A stretch of DNA of 26,350 bases from Candidatus Hadarchaeota archaeon (GTDB lineage Archaea > Hadarchaeota > Hadarchaeia > Hadarchaeales > CAZCRN01), in NCBI GenBank assembly GCA_964501125.1, contig CAZCRN010000001.1:1-26350 (forward strand), read 5' to 3'. Both the position numbers and the translations under genes were made by a program. The notes beneath the pieces were generated by a model. The model did no database searches and was not told where the DNA came from. It saw only the letters and a list, made by a program, of their open reading frames with translations. Positions 21,388 to 26,350 of this stretch are shown here, piece after piece; position 1 is the first letter of the stretch; each line of letters opens with the position of its first letter.

Positions 21388-22395
21388 GTGCCAAGAAAAC
21401 ACCACTCAAGGCGAGGGTCGTTGGCGTACATGCCGCGCGTGCGCGCCCCCCGACCCATAGCCCGCGTGCGGGCTTGGCCAGCGGAAGCTGGATTGGGCTT
21501 ACAGGGATTTGTGGGTTACAAGGCAGGCATGACTCAAGTGTTTCTAATAGACGATCGCAAGGGCAGCCCTACCGCAGGTCAGGAGATATGTGTGCCTGCG
21601 ACCGTGATCGATGCACCACCGCTGATGGTTGGCGCGATTAAGCTTTACGGCCAGACAACTCGTGGTTTTAATACCTTGACCCAAATCTGGGCTAGCGAGC
21701 TCTCCAAAGATCTCACGCGTACCATAAATGTGCCGAAGAAATACGATTTGCAAAAAGCTCTTGAGCGGGCCGAGGACCTGATCAATGACGGCAAGGTCAC
21801 AGATATTCGAATCATCGCATATACTCAACCGCGTCTGGCAGGCGTCCCGAAGAAGAAGCCAGAGTTGGTGGAGATCCGTGTGGGCGGCGAGTCCATTGAA
21901 GAGCGGTGGAAATATGCCAAGGATTTGCTCGGCAAGGAGGTTCGGGTGACCGATGTATTCAAGGAGGGCGGATACGTTGATGTGCTTGCGATCACAAAAG
22001 GCAAGGGTTTCCAAGGACCCGTCAAGCGTTGGGGCATTAAGATTCTGCCACGCAAGACCCGCGGTGTCAAACGAAAGGTCGGTGCGATTGGTCCGTGGTC
22101 GCCTCCACGCGTGATGTGGACGGTCCCGGGGGCAGGGCAGATGGGCTACCACCAGCGGACGGAGTTCAACAAACGTTTTTTGAAGCTGGGCACAGAAGGG
22201 AAGGAGGTTACCCCAAGCGGCGGTTTCTTGCGCTATGGCCCGGTGAAAGGTGATTTCGTCCTGTTGGCTGGTTCGGTTCCTGGACCGACCAAGCGTCTTA
22301 TACACCTCAGGCAAGCGATCAGATCGCTTGCTGGAACACCAACAACACCCCCATCGATCGTTTCCATAAGCACGGCTTCTCAGCAAGGTGCGTGA
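21388..22395 (+). CDS. rpl3: 50S ribosomal protein uL3
   Basis: [30 protein letters not shown] and [10 protein letters not shown] motifs. Confidence 0.98.
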   Translation: MPRKHHSRRGSLAYMPRVRAPRPIARVRAWPAEAGLGLQGFVGYKAGMTQVFLIDDRKGSPTAGQEICVPATVIDAPPLMVGAIKLYGQTTRGFNTLTQIWASELSKDLTRTINVPKKYDLQKALERAEDLINDGKVTDIRIIAYTQPRLAGVPKKKPELVEIRVGGESIEERWKYAKDLLGKEVRVTDVFKEGGYVDVLAITKGKGFQGPVKRWGIKILPRKTRGVKRKVGAIGPWSPPRVMWTVPGAGQMGYHQRTEFNKRFLKLGTEGKEVTPSGGFLRYGPVKGDFVLLAGSVPGPTKRLIHLRQAIRSLAGTPTTPPSIVSISTASQQGA

Positions 22396-23176
22396 TCCCG
22401 TGGTCCATGTTTACTCGTTGGAAGGGAAGCCGGTCGAGGAGGTAGAACTCCCACCGATTTTTGAAGAGGAGTTCAGACCGGATGTTATCCGACGTGCAGT
22501 GATAGCCGCCCAGACGGCTCGGCTCCAGCCTAAAGGCGCAGATGTGATGGCGGGCAAGCGGACATCCGCCGAAACTTGGGGCAAGGGTCGCGGCGTGGCT
22601 CGGGTCCGCCGCATGAAAGGCAGCAGGTATGCAGCGGCAGGGCGAGGTGCATTTGCCCCTTTCACGGTTGGGGGCAGACGGGCGCATCCACCACGTGTGA
22701 TGAAGGTCATACGCGAGCGCATAAACAAAAAGGAGCGGCGACTAGCGGTCCGCTCGGCAATTGCCGCAACCAAGGACAAGCGGTTAGTCAGCTCTCGCGG
22801 CCATGTCAGCACCGACATTCCAGAATTGCCACTAGTGGTTACTGATGCACTCGAAGAATTAAGGAAAACAGGCGAGGCTAGAAAGGTACTTGAAAAACTC
22901 GGTGCGTGGTCCGATATCAAGCGTGTTATCAAGAGCCGCAGGGTGCGGGCGGGGCGTGGGAAGATGCGCGGTAGACGATATCGACAGGTGGTTGGGCCGC
23001 TCTTAGTCGTGAGCCAAAACCGTGGCCTCAGGCAGGGGGCCGGGAACCTTCCGGGCGTAGAAGTGGTGACGGTTAACAATCTGAGTACTGAACGGTTGGC
23101 TCCAGGTGGCTTACCAGGGCGGTTGACTATATGGACTAAATCGGCAATTCAAAAACTCGGGGAGGTATTGGGTTGA
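22388..23176 (+). CDS. rpl4: 50S ribosomal protein uL4
   Basis: [41 protein letters not shown] motifs. Confidence 0.97.
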   Translation: MRDPVVHVYSLEGKPVEEVELPPIFEEEFRPDVIRRAVIAAQTARLQPKGADVMAGKRTSAETWGKGRGVARVRRMKGSRYAAAGRGAFAPFTVGGRRAHPPRVMKVIRERINKKERRLAVRSAIAATKDKRLVSSRGHVSTDIPELPLVVTDALEELRKTGEARKVLEKLGAWSDIKRVIKSRRVRAGRGKMRGRRYRQVVGPLLVVSQNRGLRQGAGNLPGVEVVTVNNLSTERLAPGGLPGRLTIWTKSAIQKLGEVLG

Positions 23177-23436
23177 AAGATCCTCATGCGATACTCCTTC
23201 ACCCGTTAATGACCGAAAAAGCTGTGAAACTGATTGAAACCGAGAACAAACTGACATTCATCGTGGCCCGAGATGCATCGAGAGCAGATGTAAAATTGGC
23301 CGTAGAGCTGTTGTTTGAGGTGAAGGTAGACGAGGTGGAAATACAGATAACCGCGGATGGGCGCAAGCGTGCATATGTCAAACTCGCACCAGAATTTATG
23401 GCCGATGAAATAGCAACTAAGATTGGGGTGCTCTGA
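23173..23436 (+). CDS. rpl23: 50S ribosomal protein uL23
   Basis: P.MTEKA, N.LTFIV, K.AVE.LF.VKV and K.AYVKL motifs. Confidence 0.96.
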   Translation: MKDPHAILLHPLMTEKAVKLIETENKLTFIVARDASRADVKLAVELLFEVKVDEVEIQITADGRKRAYVKLAPEFMADEIATKIGVL

Positions 23437-24128
23437 TGGGCAAGCGGATAAGAGTTCAGCGCAGGGGGAAAGGAACCCCGACCTACCGTGCGAAATCCTT
23501 CAGGCGAGTTGGCGCCGTTAGGTTACCCCCTACTCCAAAAGAAATCACAGTTGCAGTGGTCGTTGATATCTTGCACGATCCAGGTCGAAGCGCTCCCGTC
23601 GCTCGAATTCGGTACGCCAATGGACAGGAGCGCTTAGTGCTCGCTCCCGAGGGCATAAATGTTGGTGATAGGCTGGATTGTGGGATTTCAGCCCCAATCA
23701 AGGTCGGGAACACGCTGACGTTGGCAGAGATCCCGGAGGGAACGTCGATACATAACATCGAGGGGCGCTTTGTGCGCGCATCCGGCACTCATGCAACTTT
23801 AATTGCACACGATGTTGGGCAGGCGATTGTGGAATTGCCATCTGGTGAGGTCAGGGCCTTTGATCCACGTTGCCGCGCGACCATTGGCGTTGTAGCCGGT
23901 GGGGGGCGCGTGGAGAAGCCGTTCGTTAAGGCTGGCAGGAAGTATTGGGCAATGCTCGCAAAAGGTAAGCCCTATCCGCGTGTACGCGGTGTCGCGATGA
24001 ACGTCGTCGATCACCCATTTGGTGGCGGTCGCGGCAAGCATGCGGGTAGACCAAAAACCATAGCCCGCGGCGCGCCTCCTGGAGCCAAGGTGGGATTAAT
24101 AGCAGCCAAACGGGTAGGCAAGAGGTGA
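23436..24128 (+). CDS. rpl2: 50S ribosomal protein uL2 (with internal 6-aa deletion)
   Basis: [33 protein letters not shown] and PPG.KVGLIAA motifs. Confidence 0.97.
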   Translation: MGKRIRVQRRGKGTPTYRAKSFRRVGAVRLPPTPKEITVAVVVDILHDPGRSAPVARIRYANGQERLVLAPEGINVGDRLDCGISAPIKVGNTLTLAEIPEGTSIHNIEGRFVRASGTHATLIAHDVGQAIVELPSGEVRAFDPRCRATIGVVAGGGRVEKPFVKAGRKYWAMLAKGKPYPRVRGVAMNVVDHPFGGGRGKHAGRPKTIARGAPPGAKVGLIAAKRVGKR

Positions 24129-24541
24129 GTCAAATGCCTAAGAAATTCACCTATCGGGGATACACCCTGGAAGAACTGCAAAAACTATCCCTAGATGATT
24201 TCATAAAGTTGTTACCTTCCCGTGCAAGGCGGTCGCTTCAGCGCGGTCTGCCATCAAGGCAAAAGAAATTACTAGAGCGAATACGTGCGGCCCGCGAGCA
24301 GCAGGAGAAAACTGGCAAAGAAATACTGGTTCGCACCCATTGCCGCGATATGGTGATATTGCCTGAGATGGTCGGTCTAAAACTAGGTGTGCACAATGGC
24401 AAGGAATTTGTGGTCGTGGAGATCAAGCCAGAGATGATAGGACACATGCTTGGCGAATTTTCCTTAAGCCGCAAAAAAGTAGTGCATAGCGCCCCCGGCA
24501 TCGGCGCGACTCGTAGCTCGTTATACGTACCTTTAAAGTGA
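24125..24541 (+). CDS. rps19: 30S ribosomal protein uS19
   Basis: [31 protein letters not shown] and [15 protein letters not shown] motifs. Confidence 0.98.
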   Translation: MSQMPKKFTYRGYTLEELQKLSLDDFIKLLPSRARRSLQRGLPSRQKKLLERIRAAREQQEKTGKEILVRTHCRDMVILPEMVGLKLGVHNGKEFVVVEIKPEMIGHMLGEFSLSRKKVVHSAPGIGATRSSLYVPLK

Positions 24542-24545
24542 TGTG

Positions 24546-25007
24546 ATGCCGAGATTTGGTTACTCAGTTAAAGTCGATGAGAAGACTTGTGCGAAAGCTC
24601 TAGGCAGAGAAATACGCATATCGCCAAAACATGCAGCGGAGATTTGCAGAGCGCTGCGCGGAATGCGGTTGACAGCGGCAAAGGGATATTTGCAAGCTGT
24701 CATCGCCAAGAAGCAGGCTGTTCCATTCAAGCGCTACTACAAGAAATTAGCGCACCGGAAGGGACTGCGCGGATGGGATGTGGGTAAATATCCGGTCAAG
24801 GCGGCACGTGGCATTCTAAAAGTTCTGGAAAATGCAGAGGCCAATGCCACCTATAAGGGCTTGGACCCAGATAAACTTCAGATCATTCATGCAAGTGCAC
24901 AGCGGGGTATAGTTATACCGGGTTTCAGGCCGCGGGCATTTGCGAGGGCGACGCCATCTAACACTCCAACCACAAATGTTGAGATAGTCGTAAAGGAGGC
25001 AGCTTAG
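24546..25007 (+). CDS. rpl22: 50S ribosomal protein uL22
   Basis: ISPKHA.EIC, VPFKRY, G.YPVKAA and NAEANA motifs. Confidence 0.96.
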   Translation: MPRFGYSVKVDEKTCAKALGREIRISPKHAAEICRALRGMRLTAAKGYLQAVIAKKQAVPFKRYYKKLAHRKGLRGWDVGKYPVKAARGILKVLENAEANATYKGLDPDKLQIIHASAQRGIVIPGFRPRAFARATPSNTPTTNVEIVVKEAA

Positions 25008-25732
25008 TGCCAGTCGAACGTGTGTTCATTGAGAAGGGCCTGAAGCGAGCTCAACTCGAAGAATATTTGGAAAAGGAGCTTGAGGCGGCTGGTTATGGTG
25101 GAGTGGATATCAGACGTACTCCGATGGGCACACGTATTACACTGTACGTCGAGCGCCCCGGATTGGTAATCGGGCGAAAAGGCCGCAGCATCAAGCAACT
25201 GACTGACGTGTTAGCCCGCGATTACGGAGTAGAAAAACCGCAAGTGGAAGTAGCGGAGATCGATGTACCCGAACTCAATGCTTCGGTCATGGCTAGGCGC
25301 ATTGCATTTGCCCTCGAGCGCGGTAGATACTTCCGTCGGGTGGGTCATGCGGCGCTGAGTCAGATCATGCAAGCTGGGGCCCGAGGCGTTGAGATAAATA
25401 TCTCGGGCAAGGTGAGGGGAGAACGTCACCGCTGCGAGCGTTTTTATGAAGGGTACCTAAAAAAGGCCGGTGAACCTGCGTCTAAGTTCGTGAGAGAAGG
25501 TTATGCAGTGGCGAAGCTAAAGCCAGGGGTGTTGGGGATTCGGGTGCGCATAATGCCTCCTGACATACGCTTACCGGATGAGGTTAGATTGGTGGAGGAA
25601 GAAAAGAAAGTCGAAGTTAGACCGGCCGAGGAAGCTCCCGTCTCCGAGAAAGTGTCGGGAGAAAAGCTAGTAGAGTCAGCAGAATCCCCGAAACCACAAG
25701 AGGTGGAAAAAATTGGTGATACTCAGACCTGA
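25007..25732 (+). CDS. rps3: 30S ribosomal protein uS3 (acidic C-terminal tail)
   Basis: AGYGG, RPGLVIGRKG, GA.GVEI.ISGK and GVLGIRVRIMPP motifs. Confidence 0.97.
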   Translation: MPVERVFIEKGLKRAQLEEYLEKELEAAGYGGVDIRRTPMGTRITLYVERPGLVIGRKGRSIKQLTDVLARDYGVEKPQVEVAEIDVPELNASVMARRIAFALERGRYFRRVGHAALSQIMQAGARGVEINISGKVRGERHRCERFYEGYLKKAGEPASKFVREGYAVAKLKPGVLGIRVRIMPPDIRLPDEVRLVEEEKKVEVRPAEEAPVSEKVSGEKLVESAESPKPQEVEKIGDTQT

Positions 25733-25931
25733 CGAGATTCGCGATATGAATCTTGAGGAGATGAGGGCAAAGCTCCGCGAGCTGCGCTCCGAGCTTGCCC
25801 GTGAACGGGCAGTTGCGGCGTCTGGTGGTTCACTTGAGAATCCTGGCCGCATCCGGGAGCTCAGACGCACGATAGCGCGGATTCTTTCCATCATGAAAGA
25901 AGTTCAGCAGAAGAAAGGAGGGGTAAGGTAG
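25713..25931 (+). CDS. rpl29: 50S ribosomal protein uL29
   Basis: LRPDEIR.M, ENPGRIRELRRTIARILS motifs. Confidence 0.95.
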   Translation: MVILRPDEIRDMNLEEMRAKLRELRSELARERAVAASGGSLENPGRIRELRRTIARILSIMKEVQQKKGGVR

Positions 25932-25934
25932 CTA

Positions 25935-26243
25935 ATGCCTGAAGTATGTAAGGTGTGCGGGTTACCCACCGAACTCTGTGTGTGCCAAGAGATAGCGCGC
26001 GAGCAACAGCGAATAAACGTGTACTCAGAAAAGCGGAAGCTCGGAAAGACGGTGACTATTATCGAAGGGATCGACGATAAGCAACTCAGCATCAAAGATC
26101 TGGCGAAGAAATTAAAATCGAAGCTGGCGTGCGGAGGAACTGCGAAAGAAGGCCGGATCGAATTACAGGGCAACCATAAGGCTCGTGTCAAGGAGATACT
26201 TATGGAAATGGGTTTCTCGCCGGATATGATCGACATGAAGTAG
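25935..26243 (+). CDS. Translation initiation factor SUI1/aIF1 homologue
   Basis: C..CGLP.ELC.C, GKTVTIIEG, LKSKLACGGT and IELQG.H motifs. Confidence 0.95.
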   Translation: MPEVCKVCGLPTELCVCQEIAREQQRINVYSEKRKLGKTVTIIEGIDDKQLSIKDLAKKLKSKLACGGTAKEGRIELQGNHKARVKEILMEMGFSPDMIDMK

Positions 26244-26252
26244 GTGATTCCG

Positions 26253-26350
26253 GTGCCTATAACAAAGCGCAATGTGCTGCAGCACGAGTTAATAGGTTTA
26301 GAGGTGGAAATAGTCAACTCTACGGATCCGAGTCTGATCGGGGTTCAGGG
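26253..26350 (+). CDS. rnp1: RNase P protein subunit Rpp29/Pop4 (5' part only)
   Basis: GTG after SD GGTGA reads MPITKRNVLQHELIGLEVEIVNSTDPSLIGVQG; conserved position after SUI1. Confidence 0.9.
   Translation, partial: MPITKRNVLQHELIGLEVEIVNSTDPSLIGVQ

Noticed and set aside
21544-23079. Long antisense ORFs (280 aa and 222 aa) opposite rpl3 and rpl4
   Set aside because: These are antisense shadows of conserved genes with no recognisable motifs or start signals.

Overview
Archaeal core-genome window with no integrase, transposase or CRISPR array seen. The single-chain RpoB, the uS7 insert and the gene order suggest a Hadarchaeota/Thermococci-like lineage, which is an inference only. From left to right it holds: a His-rich membrane protein gene missed by the ORF track (minus strand, runs off the left end); tRNA-Pro(TGG) with two introns; an NAD biosynthesis cluster (aspartate dehydrogenase, nadA, nadC); a convergent DUF763 gene; and a tRNA-Tyr (intron)-5S rRNA-tRNA-Asp-tRNA-Lys cluster. 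A ~21 kb same-strand block follows: rpoH-rpoB-rpoA1-rpoA2-L30e-nusA-S12-S7-EF1a-S10-tRNA-Ser, an HTH-MNT/HEPN pair, archease, intein-containing RtcB, a SPOUT methyltransferase, and L3-L4-L23-L2-S19-L22-S3-L29-SUI1-Rpp29. Four observations stand out. (1) The two tRNA-Pro introns appear to have an obligatory splicing order, with intron 2 base-pairing to the D-loop to scaffold removal of intron 1. (2) The tRNA-Tyr intron falls inside the anticodon (35/36). (3) The ~1 kb MNT/HEPN cassette is bracketed by a duplicated 5' end of the archease gene, placing an RNase toxin module directly upstream of the archease/RtcB RNA-ligation genes, with a palindromic operator on its start codon. (4) uL2 lacks a 6-residue loop that is conserved across domains of life.
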